Positions 12,503 to 27,037 are shown, numbered from the whole stretch's first letter. The stretch: DNA of 63,336 nt, filler included, from Choristocarpus tenellus KU-1152 (GCA_964200185.2; 11 parts of 11 records of this genome joined end to end with filler, not necessarily neighbours in it), one strand, 5' to 3'. Program-made: numbers and translations. The notes: generated by a model not told the origin, from the letters alone.

Positions 12503-12751
12503 GAGCCAAAGTATCTTAGAGGGTAGAGTCACATCCATTTGGGGGGCAAAATCCAATGTTGCGATTTTGATATAATTTTGGCTATCGTGTTCGTTAGAAA
12601 GTGTCAATATCCATGTTCTGGACACACTTGTTCATGACGCATACACTTTCCCCACTCCGAAACATTTTGGAGTAGGAAAATGTCGTAAGAGAACCCATGC
12701 CCGAAATGGACAAACAGGGCAAAACTCGTACCCTCTAAGATACTTTCACTC
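12503..12751 (+). mobile_element. MITE family A, full length
   Basis: gagccaaagtatcttagagggta...taccctctaagatactttcactc; TTAA 4-bp TSD. Confidence 0.93.
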
Positions 12752-13595
12752 TTAAAGCACATACTTCAGACACTTTCTTATAGAGGTTACGAGGAAACAT
12801 GCATTGCTAGAGAAACGAACTTCCTGGTTCTGAAGCTAGCACTATCTCTGTCATATAAGCAAAATGTACTCGATATTGTATTTTGGGGTAAGATTGTGAC
12901 CACACTTTGTTGATTTGAGGTCTCATTTGCAGCAGCTGTTCTTCTACAAGAGGTGAAGAATATATGTGGTTCCAACCCAAATTCTTGCTACACATAAATA
13001 CATCCATACATTCAAATCAGACATGCCAAATTTCCTCACCTCTAAACTCTGACTCTACACCACCAAGCAAGAACTGAACCTGGAACTCTATCAAGAATTA
13101 CAAAATAGTGACTTCTTGCATAGAGTTGAGGTTGTTCGAAGGTGTTATCTCTGGGGAGCAGGGCCTGGGGGGGGAAATTGTGTCATTCTGCTGCTCTTCC
13201 TGTCACCCAGCTTCTGTGTTGTCCACTTGGGTGAACAATGGGCTGGACTATTTCTTGGTGCCATAAATACGTATCTTTACTTACGACAGTTGGTTCTTAG
13301 GTACTCCAACTTCGTTTTGGATCCAAAATTATTCACTGGTGGATTACCTTTACCCTGTGCTTCTACTCGAAATAAAACAAGATCGTATCCGCTATGGCGA
13401 ACAGGAAATCGCAACTCATAACTCGTACTGAGATTGACTGCCCTCTATGTTACCTTCTCACTTATTGTGACAAATTTAAAAACAATGTAGTGGGGAGACC
13501 TCCCTTACAGGACACTGTAGTCATGCTCTTTGATTGCTACAAGGCAGCACCCGTAACCCCCTGGCATGGCTTCCCCATGCCTAATCTTTCACCAG

Positions 13596-15137
13596 ATTGA
13601 AGGCACAAGTTTCCAGCATGGAGAGAGAATTTGCTCGGAGGGAGGCAGCACAGCAAGGCCGTTATGAGATGGTCATTACTCGACTGGTGCAGGAGGTGCA
13701 ACTCACATGACAGTGACAATAGTGCAGGTTTCCTCGGGATAAGCACTTATGAGTCTCCAACTCTTGCATGAAATACACAGATGGTAAATGTATACTACAA
13801 CATATGTGTTTGTTTAGCTGTCATTTCAACAAGCATCCTCGAGTCGTTTTAGATTATTTGGGAGCACGTTTTTCCCATGTTAGCAAGGACAGTGGTTACA
13901 CTTCAATACTGCAAAGAACAAGGTATGATGCCTATAGTAGCAGCAGGACTAATGGGGTGGCGTTGGCCTTAATGGAATATGTTTTGGTAGGCGGAGTGAA
14001 CTTTGAACAAGCATGTATGGGGAGTGTTGGGGGGCTTTACCATGAACAAAATTCAAAATCAACAAATATTTTGATTTTTCTCATGTCTCTGACATTGCAA
14101 TTTTCCTCCGGCCTCATCCCCAAATTGTCATATGCTCCTTTCCATGTTCTCCTTTTCACCACATATCCTCGTCATTTCTCAGTCCTCCTCAAACACGGCC
14201 TGTCTGCTCCAAGACATGATGCGCCCAATAACTTACACTCTCCATCACACTTACCTCCGAAAGCACAGTCTTCTGGGTATGCTCTCCCATGCCCTGCCTG
14301 AGACTATTGATTGAGTTCATGCCATGTAACCCCAACCCCCAAATTTATATTGCACTCCCACAGCTGGAACTTGCAAGACAGGAAAGTATCAGAGGAAGGG
14401 TTGAAACGACAGCAACCAGCAATAGCAACGATTCTGAATATGCCTCGTTAGCACCAGAGAAGAGTATTCCAGGGGATGACGGGGCTTCCCTCCCTATATA
14501 CCCGAACCCCGTTCCCCATTCAACTGAGGATCACTGTACAAGGTCATCCCCCCTGAACGGCATCCACCACTCTGTCACGGTGAGAGGCTGCCGCAAATCT
14601 GCAACCCCTGCTGCAATGGCAAGCACCGATGGTGTAACAGATGGCACTGGTAGCACAGAGGATGAGGAGGTGCTTTGGGATGGGCGCAAGGGGCACACTG
14701 GGACAAACATTGTCGATGCTGTCAACACAGTCAACATCACCGCTAGAAGTAGCTGCTTGGCGGAGGTGAATCCACCAGGGGTTGTAGAAACCAACTCTTT
14801 GGTCTCACGAAACACTACTAGAGCTACAATTGAAGATAGTAACAGCAGAGATCGCGTTCATCTCCAGAGGGAGGTTGGAGATGAGAGGGAGGGTGGGTGT
14901 ATGGGAATTTGCTGGACAGCAGCACAAGACAAGGGAAAGGAGAGTGTCAGTGGTGGCTCAGTGGGGGGTATTGGAGATATGCACAGATGCAAAGTTGTTG
15001 AGGATGGTACGGTTGACCAAAGTCAAGGGGATCAAGAGCTGGTAATAACTAGGGATGCACTGGTGCAATGCAGGTCAGCCCTTCTTGCACAGGACACGCT
15101 GGCGAGTGAAGTATTGAAACACGCAGCAAAGGAGCAG
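13596..15137 (+). CDS. Partial spliced gene, coiled-coil / low-complexity protein of unknown function
   Basis: Exons 13596-13695 (LKAQVSSMEREFARREAAQQGRYEMVITRLVQE) and 14364-15137 (LELARQES...VLKHAAKEQ), each with cag| and |gt boundaries; they join in phase 0. Confidence 0.65.
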
Positions 15138-15210
15138 GTGGGTTCGGTGATTTCCTCTGTTGCTATCGGGTTTTTTGCATCTTGTGTACAAGTTTCATCA
15201 TCAGGACAGA

Positions 15211-15391
15211 GAACCAAAGTATCTTGGGGGGGGGGGAGGTCTAAACCAGGGTGTCAATTTGGGTCAAAACCAGGAAAAATGCACTTACATTATCCATCCG
15301 ACGCATACAACCAAATCACCCAAAAATGTTGACATGAAACAATTGACACCAAATGGACAGCTGCCACCCCCCCCCCGAGATACTTTGAGCC
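15211..15391 (-). mobile_element. MITE family B, full length (probably intronic)
   Basis: gaaccaaagtatcttggggg...agatactttgagcc; flanks CAGA and TAGA (TSD with one transition). Confidence 0.92.
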
Positions 15392-16419
15392 TAGATTGAC
15401 TGTGGATGCACATTATTTGCTCCACTGTATTGTTTCTTGAGTGTTATTGAGGTGATAATGTGTGAGATTTATGCATAGATAGTGCTACTGATACACTATA
15501 AACACAATCGGTGGAGAAGAGAGAAAAGATAAACACCACCAGTGGAATAATGGAGTAATAGAGGAAGCGTAGAGACAGATATATGTTTCGGTATATCTTA
15601 GTTGAAGTCTGCACAACGTATGTATGATCCAGTGATAGTATTATTTCCTGATTGCAGTGTTCTTTTCTGATTATCCATATGGACGTTGCAAACCCCTCAT
15701 TGCAGTCAACACCTGTCTCGCCCCAGACGTCGGTCAGCGGAATCGAGACCACAAGCCCCTTGTAATAGTGAATTTGCATATCTACACCAAAAAAAGAGAA
15801 AAAAAAGTGCAATATAGGCTAAGGAGTCTATATGGTTTCTATGTGTTTAGTGACCAGTGCTATACAACAGAAATGTTGACTGACTGGAGTAAGTGTCAAT
15901 TACTTGTTTCCNNNNNNNNNNNNNNNNNNNNNNNNNNNNNNNNNNNNNNNNNNNNTTAATTAATTAANNNNNNNNNNNNNNNNNNNNNNNNNNNNNNNNN
16001 NNNNNNNNNNNTCCTCGTTTGCATGAGTGGACACATGCGGTGGTGAAGAGTCCGTTATCACCGGGCACATATATTAGCTCGTGTATGCTAAAGTTGGCTG
16101 TTCATTACATCATGTCATGCTTTCATGAAATGGATTTATTGATCATCATGAAATGACCAACACCATTCTTAAACAGAAAAAAGAAAAAAAGAAAAAGGAG
16201 ACTCAGAAGATCCTTTTTGTTCTCACGTCTTGACTGACGAAGCCCCATCTTTGATGTTGCTCATCGCTCCTAAGTTTACGCTTGACCAACCTTAACCTCA
16301 TACCCTCGGTCACGGTTCGTCCAAGTTCGTGTGGTCCGTCTTGCCTGGTGATTCTCTTCGCCACCCTTACCTGAGTGAACCACGCCGCCACAGAATCAGA
16401 CGATTCACAGTAACTCTCT

Positions 16420-16685
16420 TATATATATTATTATGCCCTCTGACATTTTGCCGATGTGTCAGGGGAAAAAACAATGAAAACTATAGATATGTCATTATTA
16501 GCCCTAAAGAAATAATATATCCTAAACGTGAGAACACTGTAAAACTAAGTGTGGAGCCCACTAATCTATCAGATACTTCACCACTATCAAATATTGTACT
16601 ACTACTGTCTTCCTGTGCTTCCCATCTACCTGCTCCTGTGCCCCGGGGGGGGGGAGCTAGGGAGGCATCCTAAGAATCTCTATAA
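16420..16685 (-). repeat. Family C interspersed repeat, probable non-LTR (LINE/SINE) 3' end
   Basis: Colinear with 50823-51211 (ttattagccctaaagaaataa...cttcaccactatcaaata...ctcctgtgccccggggggg). On the minus strand it ends in the hairpin cccctgacac...tgtcagaggg plus an (ATA)/(TA) tail. Confidence 0.75.
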
Positions 16686-18789
16686 CCCAAGAAACCCAAT
16701 AACTCTCTTAGTAAAATTTTCCCAGTTCTCTTTTTCCCGTTCAGTTTTTCACCAAAAAGCAAAACCAAAGCAAAACAAAACGTGCGTATAGGAGATAAAA
16801 CCTAAAACAACTATACTGTTGTTGTATACTAAATAAAACAGTTTATGTGGAATCTTCATAGTTTGGTTAGATAAAAAGGGATGTATTCGAATAGACTCTC
16901 TCCCAACTGTATCGAAGATACTTAGAGTGTACATATAGAGTGAATATATAAGAGTTAGTAGTTAGAAAACACATTTTTCTTGTATATGAATGGATGGATA
17001 GGAATTGGATCTATTGACCATGTTGCTTTGAGCTTTGTATTGTCTTTTTCAGACGAATATTAGTATTGGATTCGGCGGTGGCGACATCCCTCCGTCCTGG
17101 CGGCTGTGTCCAGCACTCGGCCTCTGGCTGGTTGTGCACCAGCCGAAGTCGACTCCAGATCTTCCCTCCTTGGTAAAGGGTTCCAAAATAATTCAATCGA
17201 TCATTCCTGCCATGCATATTTTACAGTCAAAATCTGTAATCTCGGACGGCACCATCCAACGCACCATGGCCGTAAGGGGAGCCTCGTGGATTGGCGAGAT
17301 GGAGCGCGAGAGAGGAGAAATGTTGGGTTGGTACCTTTGACACTTGAAAGTGATCCGCGGACAACAGCCATTATTCCTAAGGAGCTGATCCCTACAAAAG
17401 ATGACGAAGATAAGCGAGCCAATGTAACCGGAGCAGTAGCTGTGACCAAGCCTGCGCCACATGAACCTGGAGCAGTCACCACTCTTGTCCCTAAAGGGGC
17501 ACGTCCATTGAATGGAGATGGCATAATTTTTGCTTACAGAGGGAGAGAAGCAGTCGCCGTACCTGCCACCAAGAAGACCAGGACATCAGTAGGAGCAGTA
17601 GCTAACCCTCCACCAGAGGGGTAAGGAGCAGCTACATCTAACGTGCTCACCGCAATAGCTCACCTCCACTACCCCCCACCCACCTGTAAGAGGGCTAGAG
17701 CCGACCCTCCAACTCCCAATCGAGAAGGAGTCAAGCGGACAACCTCTGGAGAGGAAGGCCTTGCTAGTACCGATGTACTTACCATTATGGCAAGATTCAT
17801 TGCCCCTCTGCTCACCAGTGAAAAGGCTCGAGCTAAGCCTCCTACTCCTGAGGGAGAAGGAGCCAAAGTATTCAATCCCCAGTAGGAGAGTTGCTCTTTC
17901 CAAGCTGGTCGCCACAATGGCTGACCCGGATGACTATTGCAGGGAAGGCAACCTGGCGAGCGAGTTGGTGGGCAAGGGTTGCTTGTACGAGACTGGTGAG
18001 ACTGAGGGAGTGGACTGGGTTGTTCTTGACCTTTCTGTGGTGCACATGGGCACTCCCCGCCCCACAGCACTTTGACTCTGTAATCTTTTTGTTGACTGCA
18101 ACATTCTACCAAACACACACAACACAAAACACACCTTATCCCTATTGTTACTGAGAAAAATAAGGTCGTGAATTGTCCAAGCTGTCCATTGCATGGCAAG
18201 CAGCAGCGTATGGCAGTGACCCAGTGGTGTTCACACCACAGCTCATGGAGAAAGTCACCAAGACATTCTTGGAACAGAAGGTGGGTCCGAAATAAATGCA
18301 CTTGGTGCTATTGATAGAGATTTTGCTAGGGAGGGGGGGGGGGATTCTTGTACAGGGTTTTTTACTCTGTGCGCTCTTTTGGGGTGTCTATTCCTTGCTC
18401 GGCATTTCTAAAAAAATCGGAATGACGTGGTGGAACCCAAATGAAAAGTATTGACAAAGAGGTGTAGTGTATAGGTTAGTGCTGTCTAATATTTGAAGGC
18501 ATTCCAATGGAGGGGTGTCCTGACTCGGAGCATTGAGGACTGCACCCAGCTTGTGCAACGAGATTGAAAGATTCCGCATAGACCCTTGCTTCAAAATTAA
18601 AATTTACTAAAGCACACGTGTTTAAGAGAACTGGTGAAGGAAGGTTCTCACCTGAGAGTATGCGAGAATACCCCGAATAGTGCTGATAGTGTCAGCTCAG
18701 CCCAACGGAGGAGCACATCCCTAGGTTAGCCCCTGTTGATTGAAGTCGGGATCATGACGTGTGTGTAGTGTTTGGTGAAGTATTCTTGA

Positions 18790-19041
18790 GAGTGAAAGTA
18801 TCTTAGAGGATACAAGTTTTTCCCCTTTTGTCCATTTGGGACTTGGCTTCCTGCAGTTCTTTAATGACATTTCACCAACTCCAAAATGTTTCGAAGAAGA
18901 CAAAATTTGTATGTTATGAAAAGGTGTGTCCAGAACAAGGATATTGACATCTCGTAACAAGCATGATTACATCAAAATTGCAACATTGGATTTTCGCCCC
19001 CAAATGGACGCGGCTCTACCATCTAAGATTTACTTTAACTC
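18790..19041 (-). mobile_element. MITE family A, near full length
   Basis: gagtgaaagtatcttagagga...ctaagatttactttaactc; flanks TTGA and TGAT. Confidence 0.9.
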
Positions 19042-21019
19042 TGATGATGCACAAAAAAAGGGGGTGTAACAGATGCGTAATTTTTGGTAGTATTGTATAG
19101 GCGGATGGCTGTATTTGAGTCACTTAACGCGAAAGGTACCCAGAATTGCATTTAAATATGTCCGTATACATATGTCCAAAATTTGACTTCTTCACTAATG
19201 TATTAAGGATATTTTACAAATTATGTCGAAATGTTACAAACAACAGAGAAAAAAAACTCTCAATTCGAAGTTTGCACTTCATCTGTAGGAATATGGGCAA
19301 AGGGCAAAAAAAAAAAAAAAAAAAAAAAACTTATAGTGCAAAACGCCCAAAAACTGGGCACCTCTCGTTTACTTTATAGCTCATTTGCATCTTTCAAGAA
19401 CTTCAGTATATTAAGCTGTCCTGTCGACAGTGACTTTCCCCCAGCATATTCGTTCTAACCACTCTCTGCCAGTGTTTATTTCCAGTCCAGGAGGTTCTCT
19501 GTTAATCCCCTGGAAGTAACCTGTGTATCCACCAATGCTGTGAGAAGGCGGTCTTCTTCTACCTTTGTTTCTGAGACGAGAAGGCGAGGGTCAAGTTATA
19601 TCAAGACTTGGATACATGAACCTCATAGACTGGAACCAGCCCATTAGGAATGTAGTACATGTCAACTAGGAACGGGAGGAATGGGGGTGTGGGCATGTCG
19701 AGTGTCATTGATCTCATCATCATATTAGAGTAGTTGAACTCACTGGGTGAGTCCTCCCTGAATATGTTCATTCCGTACATGTATGTCGTCCCTCACAAAG
19801 GGGTGGACATTACCAAAGCCCTCATAGAACCTTAAGTCAAACCTGTGTAGGTGCAAAGCCTGGGAGCTGGAAACGTCGTTGTAAGTCCACCTGCATGGGA
19901 TTCGTTTTATCTACAAATCAGGTATATGGAATTGCTATTAATATTAGATCATGTTATAATTGCCAGTGTGTGAGTAGCTTTAACCATGCGCATCACAAAC
20001 TTTTTTCTATTTTACGTATGAAACATATGTGCATGGTTTCGAAAAAGGATGTATGTTGTTTTCAGATGGAGTACAGGTGGGTAGTGTTGATCTGTAGGTG
20101 GGCTTTTAATGCGAGCAATGTAGACTTTCTCCCAGTTGTAGTTGTTCATTCCCTTGTGGTAACAATAACACAAGGGACTATAGGTGTGAAGTGAACGAAA
20201 TGAAACGGTAATGAACACACGTACACAAGAAGTTTGTTGGAACGATAATCAAAATGTATGCAAAAGGGTATATGGTGTGAGAGGTACTATCACATGATAA
20301 TGATTCACATAAAAAAAATGGTACAATCTATTTTATATGCGATACAAACTTTAACGTTGGAAGGTTCGATGTTGGGTATGCAAGGAACGTTTCAACAAAT
20401 GTGATATGCTTTCTTAGGCCTTGAGACAAGTGGGAGAAATCCATTGAGGAAGGAAACAACAATCATAGAGGAAAGAATGTGATTGATTGGATAAGGCCAA
20501 ACCTCACGGACTAAAGGCAAACACAGACTCACACACATAAAAGATAAATTTCGCATGCAAGTCCTATTCTGTACAAGAGTGTACCACTTGTCAGTGTCGG
20601 CAACTCCAACATTTGCTCTGTTGATCTTGTGGTTGATATTCCTCATCTTGCCAGAAGATCTATTCCTTTTGAGCTACTACCCTCTAGTCATGAATGTCAT
20701 CAAGGTCCCCACCTGAGAGGTGAGGGAAGATAGATGGAACAAAAATATATATTTAGTTTGTGTATGTGACACTGTTGTCAGAAATTTTATCATGACATAA
20801 AGTTGCAAGCTGGACGGGTGAATGTGACTGAAACAAAGATAAGTAATTTAGGGCATTGACGAGGCAAGGCAAGTATGTGCAGTTTGTATTGACATCATAC
20901 GTATTGTCTGGACTTGGTGAACCTTATCATGAAAAGGGGGGAACTGATTGACAGAGCTAATTGTGCTCTTCTCCCTGGAAACTGCAGTACAAATGGCTGT
21001 TTTAATGTGCTTTTGCGTT

Positions 21020-21088
21020 GGCTCAAAATATCTGGGAGGGGGTGGCGGCTGTCCATTTGGGGTCAATTTTTTCATGTCGCGATTTTTG
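21020..21088 (+). mobile_element. MITE family B left end, truncated by contig end
   Basis: ggctcaaaatatctgggaggggg...gtccatttggggtcaattttttcatgtcgcgatttttg. Terminal stubs of family B also open contigs at 21189-21206, 36885-36905 and 54632-54652. Confidence 0.88.
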
Positions 21089-21967
21089 NNNNNNNNNNNN
21101 NNNNNNNNNNNNNNNNNNNNNNNNNNNNNNNNTTAATTAATTAANNNNNNNNNNNNNNNNNNNNNNNNNNNNNNNNNNNNNNNNNNNNCCCCAGATATTT
21201 TGGGTCTCCTGTCTCCTCGTGCGCATAGGTTATCGAGTGGCTACAGGGGCAGCAAAATGATATCACATTGGACGACAATTTTGGTGACTCTAGACGTGGT
21301 TTTCCTCTTACAAGCTATTCAACAAGAGGGCTTCAGGGATTATCTTTACAGGGAGTGATTGGACATTCTATTTTATCAATCAAAAATGACGCGTCTTGCC
21401 CTACATGCATGCCAGGACAAGTAGTACAAATGCAGACTGGGCTTCGATTCTATTCACCCGGTGTGCATTCTGGTGTCTTTGCCTTGATCACCAGTTGACA
21501 TAAATGGCACTTCAGCATGGTGGTGACAGAAGTGGTGGTGTCAACTGAAGAACTGGGAGTGGGCCTCTAGGTGCTACGGTGTGGCAGGCTCTAAGCTACC
21601 GCTCCCTTCATCGTAGCACAGATTGTAAATCAGCTGTGGTTGCAGTGCCCCCATATTACCAACGTGTGTGTGCAGCCACTGTAGCTCCTTGAGTGTAAAA
21701 GCATACACATCATAGTGCGAATTCAGCACTAGGTTGAGGGGGCCAATATTCCCAGGCCAACGGCTTTTCACATTGGTCTGCACATCTCCAATACAAATGA
21801 AAGTGGTTGTCCTGCCTACCTCAGGGTTCAAGCTGCCCAATGAGTTAGTGGTCGGTGGTGTGGGCACAGAAGGAGACCCTCTCACAGCGCTGCTGATTGC
21901 TGAGTTCCTTGCATTGCCTGTGTCAGCTTGTCCAAGATTGCAGGACCTTCCCGCATGCTCGGGCAAA

Positions 21968-22151
21968 GGCTCAAAGTACCTGGAGGGGGGGGTGGCGCCT
22001 GTCTATTTGGAGTCAATTTTTTTACGTCGCGATTTTTGTGTGATTTGGTTGCATACGTCGAATGGATAATGTAAGTGCACTTTCCTGGTTATGGCCCAAA
22101 TGGACACCCTAGTATAGACCCTCCCCACCCCTCCCCCAGATGCTTTGGGTC
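21968..22151 (+). mobile_element. MITE family B, full length
   Basis: ggctcaaagtacctgg...ccagatgctttgggtc. Confidence 0.9.
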
Positions 22152-22471
22152 AAACATGCGCTTCAGTCCTGAAATTTCCTCCTTTGAGATCGTAGGGCAA
22201 TGATTTTGTACATGCCTACATGTTGGGCTATGCGCAAAAGTGTTTCGTTTTTTTCATTAAGCCATTTACAGGCGATACATCATCACCTTGGCAAGGTGTT
22301 ATTAGGCAGGGTCAAAATCTGGCTGTGGGTGAGCTGGCAGTGAGGGAGGCCATTTGCTTTGACTGGTGTGGACCAGGTTGCACGTTCAAGGATACCAATG
22401 ACCATGGACTTGAAGAAAGGTTTGAGCATGCTTTGCTGGCTTTCCACTCATTGGTGGCCACAACTGGGATG

Positions 22472-22679
22472 TCCAATGTTGCGACTTTGATTAATTTTGG
22501 CTATCGTGTTTGTTAGCAAGTGTCAATATTCTTGCTCCAGACTCTCCTTTCATAGTTCATGCACAGTTTATCTACTCCAAAATGTTTCGAAAACCGAAAA
22601 GGTTATGCAAAAACGAGAAGCCAAACCCCGAACAGACAAACAGGTCAAAACTCCTACTATCTTAAATTCTTTGGGTCGG
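22472..22679 (+). mobile_element. MITE family A, old truncated copy
   Basis: tccaatgttgcgactttgattaattttggctatcgtgtttgttagcaagtgtcaatat... matches the family A interior with many substitutions. Confidence 0.8.
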
Positions 22680-25323
22680 GCCTAAAAGGGGTTGTGTCCG
22701 GCACAATAAGTGTGGTATTGTTTGCAGAAAGCTTGGTTTCCAACCTTTGGTGTCATTTACTGTTGGCGATGGTAACCCCCAAACTGTTGGGGCACAGGAA
22801 AGGGTAAGACCTGATACCGGAAAAGATACGTGTTTGACGTTGACGGCTACATATTCACTCAAGCACATTTACAGGATTCCAGCTCCACTGTCGGAGAGTG
22901 TCCTGCCTCCCATTACGGCCAGAGGATTACTAGGCAGGATTTCGTTTGATGCTATTACTCCAAGGAAAGCATGGACAGCATTGGGATTGATGTACCTAGT
23001 GCCTAGTTCATACGTACAAGTATGCCATGGTGTGGCCCATCAGCTATAGCCACTTCCCAATTATGGCCCTCTTCCATCCCCGTTGCCTCATATTTGTATT
23101 GCCAACATATCTCTGTAATTCTCTTTGTCAACATGGACAACTCAGATGTCGGGCAGTATTGTACCTTGTCAAGCTGATTGGAAGGAGGTGTGTACCCCAA
23201 ATCTCCATCTTGGATAACGTTTGGCCTCCAATGGCTAGCCCCTCACATTTAACATAGAAAAAATATTAGTAGTCTTTGCATGCAAGGAAAATAAAACCAG
23301 GTATGGTTGGCCCTCATCCCTACATCATAATGAAAGAGATAACAGAATCAGACATCAACACAAAGTCAGTCAATAAGGTAGGGTTGAAGGCGCAAGCTGA
23401 AGAATTGATGGAGTGGTTTTGAATTAAAGATGTCGAGTTTCTGCATAGATTAAGGAACTTACCTCCTTGTAGTACCTGCGTTACAAACTTGTTGTAGACG
23501 ATGCGATCAAGTAAAGGTATATTCCTTCGCACCTGTTTGGTGGTCTTTATTCTCGCAAGTGTCAAGAAGAGAAAGATTTGCAAAAACATAAAGAGGTACC
23601 AAGTGCCATGTTCATTCTAGTGTCTTGCATAAACAGAAATGAGGTTTTGGTGTAGGGTCGTTGAACTAGATTGTTTTCTGCTGTTCAGAGGTCGATTGCA
23701 GTAATCGGGAACTAACACTCCAGAACTCCGACGCTCGACACAATCATTTTGTGGGTCCCTTTCTCTCTTCTGAAGATGTACTCCTAGTACGTCCGGAATG
23801 TTTACCACTGTATTACCACGTATTTGTTCCTATTATGCTCTTTTATGTTGTAGCTTGTGCTCTGCTTGAATGGCGCCTTTCTTGGGAGCCTCGAAACGTT
23901 GTGTGTGTGTGTGTGTGTTTGTTTGTTTTTGTTCCAGGTTACGAGGATCTAAAGTCGAAACTAGTAGGTGGATATATGATGCTGTAGGGCAATCAGCGAG
24001 TGATGAAAATATGAATGAAAAAGTAGTACTCTGCACTTATTATGGGTGTAGGTTGCAGGAGGTGTGGTCGTCGCCCACAAGTTGCTCGAGGGAAGAAGTC
24101 AATCCGGTTTCTCTTTCTTTCGATAATCAGGCTTTTCATAGCCCAGCAATCGTATTCTTCTAGATTTGTTCAGATTTGAAGTATACCCAGGCAGTTCCTA
24201 GCCTGAAGAACTGGCAAATCCAGTTGCCCGAGTTATAGGAGGCTTCTTCCTGGGGTTACACTGACACTTGAGAGGGAAACGAGAGACAGGAAGGAGAGTC
24301 GTCAATGGATAGTTTCAACATTGTTGGTAGTGTTTCTTCTCTTAATAATAATGGTGATTTAGTAAATCGTTTTTGCCATGGAGTCTAACTAAATGATGTG
24401 AGGAGTAAGTGACAAAAGTGACACGGACCAGGGCAAAGTGGATTTCTATGTGAAAGGGACATGGCGTTCTGATCCTATGGGAAGAAGCGATAACAAAACA
24501 GGCGGTCAAAATATCACAAGCAAGCAAATATTTGGGTAGTAGTTGTAAATTGTCATTAAACCTCCATAAAGAGTTGGGATCAAACCTTTTTTGACCTCTG
24601 AGAAGAGCGTTTGACCAATCAAATAAATTCTTTCTGGACCTAAAATGATTTTTTGTTTCGCTGTACTACTTTCGTACGGCATTATGGTTGATAAATTGTA
24701 TATTGACCTCGATTGATTCGAGTGCAATGCACACACATATTGTAGAATATACGATATATAAATGTATATATACAGTTTTCAATGCAACAAAATGTTGAAC
24801 CCTCCCTCACGAATAGACAAGAGCAGACCACGTGTTAGAAATAGAGGAGGTTTGTACATATACCTCTATTTGACCCATAGTGTCTTAGAGGGTGTGTGTG
24901 TTTAGACCACGTTGCCCATTTTAAGCGCGATAGGTTGTTGCAAGTCATCCCTGTTTGATGCCCATTTTGCGAGTGATATTCCTCCGGGTCTGTTTCAGGC
25001 AGTGAGTGGTACGGAAAAGGTACGTTTAGAGATGAAGGAGATCGCCACTATATCTGACAAGTTGGCTCGGATGACATCAAAATCGCTGCAGGTTCACACA
25101 GGTTCCGAATGGACGCCTAACTCCCCTTCTACGGACCTTTTGCCATTAAAGTACTCGTTCTTATTTCTTCTATAAATGTACTTTTCTAGGGTGGCAAGTC
25201 AAGAAATACCAAGTTACCAAAAGATACTTCAAAAACACTTGAATTCCTTACCCAAATTTAGGGGCGAGTGGCACAATATCGAGAGCAACAATCGGATATC
25301 CGGAAAGTGCCAATTTGCCAATG

Positions 25324-25385
25324 AACAGGGGATTCGCAAAATTGAGGATGGAGCGGGACTATGAGGATGGTTGTTCTGCGAAAAC
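25324..25385 (+). mobile_element. Family D TIR element left end, truncated by contig end
   Basis: aacaggggattcgcaaaattgaggatggagcgggactatgaggatggttgttc, matching the element start at ~58659. Confidence 0.8.
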
Positions 25386-25545
25386 NNNNNNNNNNNNNNN
25401 NNNNNNNNNNNNNNNNNNNNNNNNNNNNNTTAATTAATTAANNNNNNNNNNNNNNNNNNNNNNNNNNNNNNNNNNNNNNNNNNNNCCTCCTCCCGCCTCC
25501 GCCCTGACCCCCGCCCCGCGTAGGGGTTGGGGGGGGGGGGTGTGT

Positions 25546-25591
<46 letters not shown>

Positions 25592-27037
25592 CGATGATTG
25601 GGTGCCAATGAAGAAACCAGGGTTCTACATCAGACCGGACTGCAAGTCAGGCAGCAATACAACCCAGGGCCACGGTAGAAATAGTTGACAGCCTGGAACC
25701 AAACCGTTGACAAAAATGATCGATGGGAGCACTGTCTGGATCAGACCTTCCAAAAAATCATAATGGGCACAGGACCGGATTGTTAGAGGAGGATACAAAA
25801 CCGGGACCATGGTCTGAACCTGACCTTTCAGAAACATCACATCCCCCGCTTGACTCAGCCCCAATCAGAATGCAGCAAGACTAAAAATTGGTGTGACGAT
25901 CACAGGAAGAACAAGCAGCCTTAACATCACAAACAGACTCAATGTGCACACACACACACTCACACTCACACACACACACACACTCACACTCACACACACA
26001 CACACACATAAGAGCAGATGGCGCATCCTGCATCCATCGAGCATTCGCTGGGCAGCCCATACTGTCATTTAGGAATAAAAATAAAACTCTAGACCAATCT
26101 AATAGTTCACAAGTTACTTTGAGCCATTAGGGTGCAATCCCCGCCCAAATCCCACCTGTACCCAAGATGTTGAATACATGAGGTCACCCCTTACGAGCGA
26201 GGGCATATTCAGCAAAAAAAACAACAACTGCATATGCTCGTACAAAGGGCTCAATCAGCCACCACACACAGACACGTCCTCTTGCACATGCGCTGTTCAG
26301 TGCACAAGAAAAACGCCTCAAATTCGGGAGTTTCCCATGACTAGGCAGGCATTTATATGCACTGTGTGCCATGAAGTTCGCACTAACACCCAGGCACTCA
26401 CACATTGTATGTACGTCTGCGTTCAATGCCTTAGCCCTGTACATCTCAATTTGCACGTTCTTACTTCGATTATTACGAGATGTGATTAACACCCATGATG
26501 TTTTGAGGCTAGGGGATGGTACAAGGTGAGTGTAGTCACCCTAACGTTTCACGTGTCAACATGAAAGCAAGATGTTGCTGCTTCTACCATAGCCCCTATT
26601 CATCGATCTTGGGTCACCTGTAGTGTTTATCTCACCCCATCAAAATGCCTCGTTTGTTGGATTGGCTGCTTACCATTGCTAATGAAGTGTTCTTATTTGA
26701 AGGACAACTCCATACCCTACACAACTGAACCAACTCAGCCACATATAACAAGGCATGAAATTAAGAGCACATTTTGAACACTACTCCAAAGATTCTTAAG
26801 ACGCTGAGGGTGGCTTGTCAAAGATTCCCAGAGAGTGCCCTATATGTTTCCGCTGCCAAGGAAGGGGCCCATGAGCTTCACCAGAACATAGCAAAGTACA
26901 AAACCAGACCTAACATACATGATGAATACTCCCTGTACCGATTTCAAAGCTTGCTTAGGTACTGTCATCATAGTACTCAAACAACAATGATGAAGAGGTT
27001 TATTTCTGACCAAGATTCCTATAAGTAGACAGTACCT

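Noticed and set aside
19060-19365. Possible additional GRG-terminated MITE
   Set aside because: Terminal match is weak, no TSD, single copy in the window.
22700-23260. Possible Ulp1-like protease or TE remnant on the minus strand
   Set aside because: Only vague similarity, multiple stops and no catalytic motif.
23461-23532. Isolated exon-like segment VRRNIPLLDRIVYNKFVTQVLQG on the minus strand
   Set aside because: Plausible splice sites, but no partner exon or recognisable family.
25486-25592. Long poly-G tract (G-quadruplex candidate); likewise the C/A runs at 36695-36784
   Set aside because: At contig ends and typical of low-quality read tails.
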